A DNA stretch of 63,991 nucleotides, counting the filler, from Hyphochytrium catenoides (taxonomy: Eukaryota > Protista > Hyphochytriomycota), in the NCBI GenBank assembly GCA_900088475.1. It is 10 parts of 10 records of this genome, joined end to end, with 100 filler letters (N's around TTAATTAATTAA, not from the genome) between each part and the next. Parts side by side here need not be neighbours in the genome. Positions count along the whole stretch, not along the records: positions 1 to 14,279 come from FLMG01003615.1; positions 14,380 to 34,876 come from FLMG01003213.1; 8 more parts are not named here. The stretch is one strand, 5' to 3'. Position numbers and translations under genes: made by a program. Each line of letters begins with the position of its first letter. Position 1 is the stretch's first letter. The notes under the pieces were generated by a model, which had not been told where the DNA came from, ran no database searches, and saw nothing but the letters and a program-made list of their open reading frames with translations. This document shows, in pieces, positions 14,150 to 25,449 of this stretch.

Positions 14150-14274
14150 TTTTTTTTGGTAGCACGAGGTAGCATGCTACCACATCGAGTTGGTAACGTC
14201 ATTAATGTAGCATGCTACCAGTGGTAGCATGCTACCGTGCTACCAAAAAAAATGTATCATGGTATCATGCTACC
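14150..14274. repeat. Small MITE-like element with ~30-bp inverted ends and repeated GGTAGCATGCTACC palindromes
   Basis: T8GGTAGCACGAGGTAGCATGCTACCA at 14150 and TGGTAGCATGCTACCGTGCTACCA8 ending at 14252 are near-perfect reverse complements; extra palindrome copies at ~14207 and 14261. Confidence 0.7.
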
Positions 14275-14323
14275 GGCGGNNNNNNNNNNNNNNNNNNNNN
14301 NNNNNNNNNNNNNNNNNNNNNNN

Positions 14324-14335
14324 TTAATTAATTAA
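14324..14335. other. Artificial scaffold-joining linker TTAATTAATTAA within N runs (also at 34921, 42618, 50020, 55975, 57379, 59807, 61171, 62889)
   Basis: Identical 12-mer with stops in all six frames, always flanked by ~44 N on each side; genes are truncated at these points. Confidence 0.97.
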
Positions 14336-14379
14336 NNNNNNNNNNNNNNNNNNNNNNNNNNNNNNNNNNNNNNNNNNNN

Positions 14380-15113
14380 CTCGAGAAGCTGTAAGCGGAG
14401 CTCTTCCGCTGGTTCGGGAAAGGGTGTCTCTCCTGCTCGTGCCTATTCAGAAAAGGAAGGAGGAGAGAGAGAGTACAGGCGATCCCTCAGAAAGGAAGAG
14501 AAGGAAGACATCGAGAGAGCAAGAGGCGGAGAGAACAGCGAGAGAAAGAGAAGAAGTGGAGAGTATAGAAAGAAAGAAAGAGAGAAGAGAGAGAAAGAAA
14601 GAGAGAAGAGAGAGAAAGAAAGAAAGAGACAGGCAAGAGAGGAAAGGGACCGACAGGAAGAGACAAATGAACAGAAAGAGAGAGCGAAGACAGAGAGAAA
14701 GAGACAGAAACGGGGAGAGAGAGAGAGAGAGAAGGGGGTACAGAGCAGTGACGATCAGCCGATGGGAGGCATCAGCACAAGGGAAGAAAGAGGGAGGAAG
14801 ACAGAGAGAGAGGCTTAGAACCAGACGAATGGGGACGGCAGAGGAGAGAGAGACACAGCTAAAGAGAAAACCAGGAGACGGAAAGGAAAGCTCTCTACCT
14901 TGAAAACAGGGGCAAACTGCCTGAGGAACTCTCTGCAATCGTCCAGGACTTGAGAAGAGAGAGAGAGGCAAAGCTCTAAAGCCAGCTCTCGACACTTTTC
15001 CACGGGGTCAGAAGCGATGAGAGAGAGGAGCGGCCGGGAGAGAGAAAGAGAGAAAAAGTGGGCGAGGACGGCCTTCGACGCCCCTTCCTGCAGTCAGAAG
15101 GGGAGGAGAGAAC

Positions 15114-15165
<52 letters not shown>

Positions 15166-15732
15166 CAGGAGGTGGCGGTGTAGGAAAAGGAAGGGAAAGA
15201 GAGAGAGGCGCAGGCAGAGAGTAGTAGAGATAAAGAGAAAGAGCGGATGAAAAGAGGTGTCGGAGAGAGTCGCGGTGAGCTATGAGGAGCTAAACTAAGA
15301 TGAAGAAGAGGAAAAGAGAGAGAAGAAGCAAGATGACATACAGAGAAAGACTGAGAGAGCATGTAGATCGAATAAATGTAGAGAGAAGGAGAGAAGAGAT
15401 TTTGATAAAGAGGTAGGGAGAGAAAGAGAGAGAGCTGAAGTAGAGCTGCCGGAAGGGGAGAAGAGGCTGGCAACAAAGAGACGACCGAGAGGAGTGAGAG
15501 AGAGAGAGAGAGACAGAGAGAGACAGAGAGAGAGAGAGAAAGAGAGAGGGAGAAAGAAAGAATGGGGAGAGTAGCAACGCACAATCGGAGCTGTGGGCTC
15601 AGTGGACTTCTTAATCTTCTCCAGCGCTCTCCTCCTGGTAGTTCTGTTCGAGTCTCCCAGGCCGTTGATGTCCCGCTGCAGCCGCTGGGTCACGCTCTCC
15701 AGGACCTTCTTCTCCTCCTCACTAAGCTGCAT
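14380..15732 (-). CDS. DNAAF5: Dynein axonemal assembly factor 5 (HEATR2), 5' part, truncated by scaffold end
   Basis: Exons 15732-15583, 15087-14899 and 14442-14380 read LQRDINGLGDSNRTTRRRALEKI, SDPVEKCRELALEL and PEPAEELRLQLLE, matching the HEATR2 N-terminus. Confidence 0.85.
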
Positions 15733-15818
15733 CTCTCTCTATCTCTCTGCCTCTCGGTCTGTGGTTTGTTGCTGCTTGTCCTTCGACGCTTCCTGGGGCT
15801 TTTTAAAAGCGCGCTCGC

Positions 15819-15872
<54 letters not shown>

Positions 15873-16046
15873 TTTTGTTTTCTATTCTTTCTCTTTCCAC
15901 CTCTTTTGCCACATGAGGAGTGGAGTCTCGCTGTGGCGGCCGCTGTAGTTCTGGACTGCTCCTCCTGGATCCTTAACCTTCCTGCCTCTCTCTGTCTCTG
16001 CTGTCTGCTGTCAGCTTTTTGTTCTCGTCTCTCTTCTCTTTCTCTC

Positions 16047-16077
<31 letters not shown>

Positions 16078-16390
16078 CCTCTCTCTTTCTCTCTTTGTCT
16101 CTCTCTCCTGCGCACACGCTCCCTCTCTCTCTTCTTCTCAGCCTGTTGGTCCACCTGCGGTCCTTTTGCTTTCTGTCTCTTCCCTTCTGCCATGCCCCTC
16201 ATCATTCTGGGACTGGGAGGAGAGAAGGAAAGAGGAAGTGGGCAGCACGATCAGAGCCGAGGTGAACTCTCCAGGCGTCAAAAAGCAAGCTCTGCCGTGA
16301 CGAGACTCTCTCTCTCTCTCTTTTCTTGACCTCTCTCTTCTCGCTCCGGTCGCTACCTTCTCTCTGGTCTCATTCCCCGTCTGTCTTCTC

Positions 16391-16421
<31 letters not shown>

Positions 16422-17040
16422 TCTGTCTTGCTTTCTCTCTCTCCGCTTCTCCCTCCCACTTCTCCCTCTCTTTCCCTAGAAACCTCGGTAGAGTTAGTGC
16501 AAATGAGGGTACTTTGCTTCCGAAGACTGCCCTTAAGGTCCTTTTCTCTCTCTTTCCTAATTCTCTCTCTTTCCTAATTCTCTCTCTTTCCTGGATTCTC
16601 TCTCTTTCCTGGATTCTCCCCTTTTCCTTATCTGGTGGTCGGGCCTCTACTTTTCTCTCTTGCCTTCCGTTCACATGTCCTCTCTCCCTTCACTCTTGAT
16701 TGTCCCCAACCCCATCCAATCCCCTTCCCAGGTCTTCTGTTTCGTCTCTCTCTCTCTCTGTCTGTCACTCTTTTCTCTTCTGTCTCTCTCTTTTCTCTCT
16801 GCCTCTTTTCTCTTCCTCGCGCTCCACACCTTCGCTAATAGTTTATCTTTATCTCCTTCCTCTTTCTCTCTCTCTCTCTCTCTCTCCCTTTCTCTCATTT
16901 GCTTGTCTCTTTCTCCCTTAACGACTTGGCTCTCTTTCGTGCTCTTTCTCCGCGTCTCTCGTCATGACCTCTGCCTCTCTCTGCCCACTCTTTCTCTCTG
17001 TCCGCTCTCTCTCTTTCTGTCTTTGTCTTTCTTATTGCAG

Positions 17041-17212
17041 GAGGCGGCAGACAATGGGCGTAAGCCCGGGTCATTTCTTTTCTTTCCGCTCTCTCTCCTC
17101 TCTCTCTCCCGTCTCCTCTTCCTCTGAAGGATGGAAAATTCTCTTCTTTGGAAATGATCACGTCAGCCTTCCAACACTAAAGAAATTGCAAGAGTCAAGG
17201 TAAGAAGAAAGA

Positions 17213-17260
<48 letters not shown>

Positions 17261-17993
17261 GACACAAAGGTTTCTTTAGTGTCTCGATAGGGATAGGTTT
17301 AAACGGAAAAGGGAGAATAGAGATGGGATCGGATAGAAGTGAAGAGAGGAGAGATAAGATAAGGGGAAAGAGAGAGAGAAAGAGAGAACGGCTGAAGAGT
17401 GAGGAGAGCTGATTGTTAGTTTGTGTTCGAAGCGCATTGCTTAGAGTTGCTTGGACGAACTCTCTCTCTACATTTCTTTCTCTCTCTCCCTCTCTCTCTC
17501 TCTCTCATTGATCGCTGTCTTCCTTGCTTGTTATCCCTGTCTTCCCTTTCCCTCTCTCTAGAGAGAGAGACGAGGGTCTGGTTCATGATATTTCTGTGGT
17601 TTGCTCCCCTGACCGGCGAGGGAAGCGGTCGACAAGGCTGCAGGCGGGGCCCGTCAAACAATTCGCGGAAGAGAAAAATCTCACCATTTACCTCACGCCA
17701 GAGAAAGGGTGTGCAATATCTCTCTCTCTCTCTCTCTGTCTCTCTACCTATCTGACCAGCACACAAATCCTGTTCTCTTTCCCTTTTTGGTCTCTCTCTC
17801 TTCTCTCTCTCTCCCTCTCGTTACTTAGTTATTCACACTGCTTACCCTACTCACGCTGCTTCTTCAATATCTCTCTCTCTTTGTCCTTTGACATCTGAGA
17901 AGACTTCCTGATGTCACACTAATCCGTTCTCTCTTTTGTTCTCTTTGTCTCTGTCTCCCTCTGTCTCTCTCTCTCACATACTCTGTATGTTGT

Positions 17994-18034
<41 letters not shown>

Positions 18035-18390
18035 CTCTCTCTCACTGTCTGTCTCTCTCTCTGCTGGTTTGCTGTCCTGCCCCTTCAATGTCGCAGTCAC
18101 TCTCTCTCCCAGTGGCCCGCCCCGGAAGGGACCTTCGACCTGGGCGTCGTGGTTTCCTTTGGATACTTCATTGTAACACAGAGAGTTCTCTTTGCTCTTT
18201 CTTTCTGTCTGTCTGTGTCTCTCTCTCTCATTTTTTCCGCTAACAATTGGTCTTCCTGCATTTTTCTTTCTTCTCTTTCCCCTCGTCGATTCCTTTCTCT
18301 GCCGGCGTCTTCTCAGCTGGCTCATATTGCAACTGCCACGTTTGCGCGGATCTCTCTCTCTCTCGCTATCCGTCTGTTTATATCTCTCTC

Positions 18391-18441
<51 letters not shown>

Positions 18442-18931
18442 TGGTCTCTTCCTTCGAGCTCCCTATCCTTTCTTCTTCCCTCTTCCTCTTATTTGATTGA
18501 CTGATCTCCTGTTTCTCTCTCTTCCCGTCTCAGCCTCGGCACGTACTAGGAGTCTTGCCCCTCGGGGCAATTAACATGCATCCCTCTCTCCTGCCCAAGG
18601 TGTTCCTTTCTCTCGTTTCTTCTCTTTTTCTCTCTCTCATTTTAACCTTTGTTCTCAGTGACCATTGGAGGCCCATAGAATGCCAGTAATTGGTCTCCGT
18701 CTCTCTTTCAGTTGTGTGTGTGTCTCTCTCTCCTTTTTCGGTCGCATTCTCTTCTTCTCACGTACTTTTCTCTTCTACGTTTATTACTCCGCTGTGCCGT
18801 GCAGGCGGTTTGGCCTGCCTCTGTTGGCCGCTAGATGCCTTTGTGTCAGAGTTTGTCACAGTCTTATGGCAGTCTTCCCTCGCTCTCTTTCTCTCTCTCC
18901 CATTATCTCTCCCTCCCCCTCTCCCTCCCTC

Positions 18932-18965
<34 letters not shown>

Positions 18966-19172
18966 CCTCTTCTTCCCTTTTTTGTTTCCTTCCTCTCTCT
19001 TTTCATTCTTTTCTCAATCTCAATTTTCTTCTTCTCTTTTTCTTTCTTCCTCTCTCTTTTTATTCTTTTCTCGACCTCAATTTTCTTCGCTTCTTTTTCA
19101 CTCTTGCTTCTTTGATATCTCTTCTTGTCTTTTTTTCTTTTCCCTTTCTCCCTTTTTGGCTTACTCGGTGTC

Positions 19173-19228
<56 letters not shown>

Positions 19229-19650
19229 TCTCTCTCTCTCTTTCTTTTCTCTCCTCCCTCTTTTGCCTTCTCTGTTCCCTCTTTTGCCTTCTCCCTGTGG
19301 TCAGTATCGTGGAGCTGCTCCAATCCAGCACGCGCTTCTCAATGGAGATGAAGAGACAGGCATCTCCATTATAGAGATACACCCAACGTGAGAAGAGAGA
19401 GGAATCCAAAGAAGCTCTTTGTCTTTCTCTTGAATCTGCTCGGATTCTCTCTTTTTTTCTCCCTCACTGTATTTCTCTCTCTCTCTCTCTCTCTCACTGT
19501 ATCTCTCTCTCTCTCTCACACTGTATCTCTTCAAATTTCTATCTTTCTCTCCTGTTCCGTGGATACCGCTCCTCTCTGTGTGAGTTCTGCACTTATCTCT
19601 TTTCCCTGGTTTTTCTTTTAGTAATTTTCGTCTTTCTTCCCTCTCCCCTT

Positions 19651-19688
<38 letters not shown>

Positions 19689-20165
19689 GACTCTCTCTCT
19701 GTCTCTCTCTCTCACTCCTTTCTTACATTTCTTCCGTCGGCTAGGTGTTTTTCTTTGATTGCAGTGTGTGGGCTCCTTTTCTCTCATAACATATGAAGTT
19801 CTTATAGCACTTTCTCTCTCTTCCTTTTTTTTCTTCTTTTCCCTTTCTGTCTTTTGTCTGCCTCAGACGCTTTGACGTGGGCCGGATTCTTCTGCAAGAG
19901 CATTTGAAGGTACCAGAGGCAGCAGAGTGGAACAGGTAAGGCGAGAGAGAGAGAGAGAGAGAGAGTGAAACGGAAAGAATGAAAGGGTGAGAGCGGAAGT
20001 AAAATTGAAATGCTAGAAACAGACAAGCGAGGGAAAATTAAGAAGGAAGTGAGAGGCCACATGTAGAAGAGGGCGAAGAGAGAGCCGGAAGGAGGGAGAG
20101 AGAGAGAGAGACAGAAAAGGAAAGAAGGATGAGAAGCGAAGAGAGAAAAATGTCGAGCACGACTT

Positions 20166-20200
<35 letters not shown>

Positions 20201-21255
20201 AAGCACGACTGTCTGACAAGAGCGAAGTTTCTCTCTACAGCTCGCAGAAATTGGCGCCGATTGTGTCCTCCGCGTCCTGAGAGACTTTCACGAACTTCAC
20301 AAGGCTGCAAGGCCGCAGGTACGGAATGTTCTGACACAGGATAAAAGAGAGAGAGAGAGAAAGAAAGAGAGAGAGAAAGAGAGAGAAGAAAGAACAGAGA
20401 CGCAGGAGAAAGGACAATGTTGTTGCTCGGATGTATGCCTACGTATGAGAGAGGAAGAGAGACAGAGCGCAAAGGGATGATATATATAACGAGAACTAGC
20501 AGGACGGTGCTAACTGAAGAGAAGAGCAGAGGGAGGGAAAGAGGAAAGAAGAAGAGAGAAAGAGTGAAACAAAGAGAGCACAACTGACATGGGCAGACAG
20601 AGCCGAAAGACGGCGAGAGAGAGAAAAGAGAGACACTGCGAAAGAAGGCAGATCATGGAGGAAGTGGCCGTGAGTGCGCTAAAGAAGAAACTGAGAAAAA
20701 CTGATAACGTGTATGCTTCGTCCCTCAAAAGGATGAGAGCTTGGCATCCCCGGCTCCGAAGCTCAGTCCAGAAGTGAGAGCTCAACCTACTCTCTCTCTC
20801 TCTCTTTCTCTCTTCCTTCACTCTCTATTCTTTATCAGTTCCTCTCTTTTTCCACCCCAACACTGTCTCTCCTTTGAGTGCCTCATAATTCGTAGGTCTT
20901 GCCTCTCTCTCCCTCTTGTTTTACTTTCTCTCCCTTATTCTCCTCCGTTGAAAAAGATAGGTAGCCCACATTGAACTGTTGCTCTCCCCTTCCTCTCTCT
21001 TTCTGTTTCTCTTTTCTTGCCCTCTTTCTTTCTCTCTCTCTAGCTCCGTCAAATAAACTGGGGAGAGCTCACGGCGGAGGAGGTGTTTAGGGTAAGAGAG
21101 AGACAGAAGCTTTTCTCCTCGCCGTTCTTCTTGAGCACTATAATTCACTAACTCTCTCTTTCTATGCGTATGTGTCTTTGTTACCTACGTTTGTCTCTAT
21201 CTTGGTCTGTTGGAACTCTGGCTCTCCGTCTCTCATTATCTTGTTTTGCTTCATT

Positions 21256-21287
<32 letters not shown>

Positions 21288-21498
21288 TCTTTCTCTCTTT
21301 CCCTCTCTCTAACGTCCACCGTCCTGCCTGTAGAGATGGCGTGCTATTGGAAGGGGAAGAGGGGTAATAACTCAGTTCGAGGGCAAAAAGGTCAATCTCC
21401 TCGACCTCGAGATAAAGAGCAAAGACATCGATAATGATGAGGCTGCCGGTGATCCTCTCTCTCTCTCTACTTTCTCTCTCTCCCCTTCGATCTGTTTG

Positions 21499-21544
<46 letters not shown>

Positions 21545-21994
21545 CATCTATCCTCCTAAGGCTACGTCTGCCACTGCCCCTCTTGGCTGTTGATTTTTAG
21601 CAAGTTTGTCTTCTTTCTCTCCTTCTCTTTCTCTCTCTCTCTCTTTACCCTTGGTATTCTGTCTTGGTCATTTGTAGCTATTCTATTTCTGCCTTGGGGC
21701 AATGAAGTGGCATCTTTCTCCCTCTTTCTCTCTTCATCTCCTTCTTTCGCTCATTCTATTCGCTCTCTCTTTCTTTCTATCTTCTCTCCTTTCTTTCAGA
21801 AGGAAGGTTGCCGGGTACTATCCGCTACGACTCAAATGCTGACATGCTAATAGTTATCTGTAAGCGAGGGACCATCGGCATCAGGACTCTAAAGGTATTA
21901 CAAGAAAGGGAGAAAAAGAGAGAGAGAGAGAGAGAGAGTAAGGAAAAGAAAGATTGAAGTGAACTTAGCAAGAAGTCAGAGAGAGAGAGAGAAA

Positions 21995-22028
<34 letters not shown>

Positions 22029-22228
22029 GAGATTCTCGATGCAAGGTAAAGCGAAAGTGCCGCGCTGTCGCTCTTCAGTTGTTTCTTATCTCTTAGTACT
22101 GACTCTGTCTGTCAGGTGGAAGGGAAAGCGGAGATTTCGGCCCGGGCCTTCCAAGCGGGATACATAAAAGGAAAGAGAGAAGCCACTTTCCAAAATGTTG
22201 CGCATCATTAGCCACCTAAGACGGGAAC

Positions 22229-22260
<32 letters not shown>

Positions 22261-22273
22261 AATCAATAACTAA
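17041..22273 (+). CDS. MTFMT: Methionyl-tRNA formyltransferase (mitochondrial type), more than 10 small exons; true start probably upstream (~15.9-16.3 kb)
   Basis: Exons read KILFFGND, GPVKQFAEE, FDLGVVVSFGYFI, GAINMHPSLLPK|YRGAAPIQHALLNGDEETGISI, RFDVGRILLQ, LAEIGAD and APKLS; GT-AG introns. Confidence 0.92.
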
Positions 22274-23007
22274 CAACGTTGCAGCCACTGAGCAGAAAGA
22301 GCGAATTGGCACAGGTAACAAGAAGAGGTGACGAAGAGGAAGGAGAGAGAGAGAGAGAGAGAGACAGACAGAAAGAGAGAGAGGCAATGCATCCTCTAGA
22401 CACAAACGTTGAAAGACGCAGCCGGCTGCTGGATTTTCAGAGCTCTCTCTCTTCTCTTCTTTTTTTTCTCCTCCTCTTCTTTTACGGTTGTTCATCTGAC
22501 TGCTAATCCTGTCTCTTCCCCGCTGAAGTGCCTCTTTCTTGAACTCCATATTTTCTCTCTCTCGGCGTCTGTCTGTCGGTCTGTCACTTTCTCTCTTTCA
22601 CTCTCTATCTCTCCCTACCGCTCTGTCTTTTAGTGCTGTTTAGGAATGCGCAGGAAAGTCATGTGGCGGTGGATGGAAGCGAGAGAGAGCGAGAGAGAGA
22701 GGTTAAATGTTGAGCATTATTGACACTCATAACTAGTCATGGGGATCGAGGTAGAAGAGGGAGAGAGAAACGATGTGAGAGAGGAAAAAGGTGGAGAGAT
22801 TCACAGCGTATCTCATGCCTTACTAGATCAATTGGTGGTATGAAGGTTATGGCTTAGAGAGGCTAGCGAGAGGCTCTCTTCTACGCGTTCTTTCTCTTTC
22901 CAGCTGCCCACATTCTTCTGTTCTCTCCGCTACTCTTTCTTCCTCTTAATCTCTTTCTCCATCTCTACGTCCGAGCGCTAGGATCCTTCCTGGAGGGGCA
23001 GGTCTCT

Positions 23008-25449
23008 CTATCTGCAGGACCTGCCGAAGGAGTCGAAGAATTCCTTGGAGATGGCGCCCTTGGCATCCGCTTTGCCCTTCAGCTCTCTAAGAGGAAGATC
23101 AGAGGTCAGCCACTCTTCTTCTTTATCCTTCTCTCTCTCTCTCTCTAGGTAATCGTCTCCAGTCCTTCTATCTCTCTCTTTCTTCTTCTTCTCGTTTCTG
23201 TCTTTCTTCCGCGTGGGGCTACGTCTCTCTCTCTATCTCTCCTCCTCGGTTTGTCTTTCTTGCGCGTGGGGCTACGTCTCTCTCATTTCTCTCTCTATCC
23301 CACAGCGAACCTTCTCTTCAGCGTCCTTAGAAGTCGTCCCCTTCTCTCTCTCCCTTTATGCTCTCTCTCTCTTCTCTCGGAATTTTGTGTCGGGTTCCGG
23401 ACTGATCTCTCTCTCTCTTCTATTTCGCTTTGTTTCTCACATGCTGACTTTTGACTCTCTCTCTCTCTCTCCCTCTTTTTGCCTCTTTTCTTCTGTCTCT
23501 CGCCTCGCTCTTTCTCTCTCTGTCTCTCTCTCTTTTGCCTTCTCTTCCCGCTCTTCGCTCATCTTCCCCTGGACTCACCTCTGTCTCGCCAACTCCCTTT
23601 GCTTGTCCAGAACGGCTCTGTTCCTCATTTCTTCCTCTTTCCTCTGTCGTTGACTGTCAAACTCAATGGAAGCCACAGCACGATGCAGCGCTTTCAGTTG
23701 AGCGCCCCATTTCTCTCTCTCTCTCTCTTCTTCCTCTCTCTTTCTCGTCTTCTCTTCCATCAGCTGGGCATTGGAAACGTACATTTCTCGCACTTCTTCC
23801 GCGGGAAGACCCTTCCAGTCGTCTCGGGATGGTGTCTTCTTCTTCTCTTCTTCTACTCTCTCTCTCTCTCTTTTCTCTCTCTCCCACGCTGCCGCCTCAA
23901 GTCTTTCTTGCTCTTCTGTTCTCTTCTTCCCTTCCGTAGATAGCCACTGGTTGGTCCTGACAACCTCAAGACCCTGTCTCTTTCTCTCTCTCTCAACGCC
24001 TTCTTCTCTCTCCCGTCTCTTTTCAAGCAATTTCTCCTGATATTCAAAGTCCTTCTCTCTCTGACGCTTCTGATCGTCTCTTTCTTGATTCTTCTCCTCC
24101 ACCTGGGACTGCAGCCATTGTGAAAGCTAAAGAAAGCGAGAGAAAGAGAGAGAAGAGGGAGGAGTAAGCGGTGTGGTCTATGAGGGCAGAGTAGGCTTTC
24201 TTGGGACAAGACGAACGGAGAGAGAGAAAGGAGGGGACACAAGAGAGGAAAGAGATTGTAGACCAGAAGAAAAGCGGAGACAAGTTTCAATGAAAGCATC
24301 AAATAAGAGAGACAGAGAAGGAGAGAGAGAGAGAAGAGGGAAACCTAACCTGCTTCTTCTGAAGCGTCTCTCTTTCCTTGTGACGCAGATCCTCTCCATC
24401 AAACACCTGTGCGGAGTTCAGGCCATAGTTCATAGAGGAGGAAGGAGAAGAGGGAGAGAGAGAAAGGGACTGCTCCTGCTTCTCGTTGCTTTTCTGTTGG
24501 GCTTGTCTCTGCCACTCTCTCTTTAGACTCTCGAGCTCCTGCTGTCTTTCTCTCGCTACTTGCAATGCTTTCTCTTCTAGGAGAATGCTGAGGTGGGCAC
24601 TGGCCTCGGCTAAAGGTAGAGAAGAGAGAGACACGGTCAGAGCAAGAAAAGAGAGAGAGAGAGAAAAGGAGAGAGAGAAGGAGAGAGAGAGGTTTAACCG
24701 CAACGCGGAAGTTAACTGAAGGGTTCAGTGAATGGGAGAGAGAGGCGCTTTTGATTGAATTCGATAATCAATGATGGGAAATGAGAGAGAAAGAGAGAGA
24801 GAAGAAGAAGAAGAAAGGGAAGAAGCTTTCACCCTCTCTCTTCTCCAGCTCCTTGGCTGCCTCCTTCCTTTGCTGCTTCTCCTCCACAGCTTTATCCAGT
24901 ATGGACCGTTCTACCTGCATCCAAAGCATTAACGACGAGAGACACGATAGACTGAGAGAGGGAGAGAACTGAGGAGAGAGAGAGAGAAGAAAGAGGCCAA
25001 GGAACGGGATATGCATAGACGACAGCTAGTCGACATAGGGAATGGCCGTGGGGAGAAGATGCAAAGATGGCTAGAAGAGAGAGGACGAAGGGACAAAGGT
25101 TGTTGCAGCAACAGGCACCGAGAAAAGGAAGAAAGAGAGGGGAGGACACTCAAACTCTGGAGGAGTGATTGACAGAAGAGACGGCCCAACAAGATCAGGA
25201 ACAACCAGGCCAAAGGATCATCCAGAGAGAGAGAGAGAGACTGTAACAGTGAGAATAGGGAAAGGAGAATGTCGAGAAAGGGAGAGAAGAGAGAGAGAGA
25301 GAGAAGAAATGTCGGAAAGACTTTGTTCTTACTCCTGATGCCCTTGTCTTAGGATGCAGGATCCGGTTCAGTCTCTCTTTCTCTCTCTGCTGGTAAGCGG
25401 CTATCCTCTTTGCCTCCTTGTCCAGTTCGTCCTGAGACTGTTGAGGCAT
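23008..25449 (-). CDS. RIBC2: RIB43A-like ciliary microtubule inner protein
   Basis: ERLNRILHPKTRASG|VERSILD, GLNSAQVFDGEDL, DDWKG, long coiled coil, and C-terminal EFFDSFGRSCR* typical of RIB43A. Confidence 0.85.

Noticed and set aside
16550-16620. 18-bp tandem repeat, and a similar one at 50520-50625, as a CRISPR-like array
   Set aside because: No unique spacers; these are minisatellites derived from TC repeats in eukaryotic introns.
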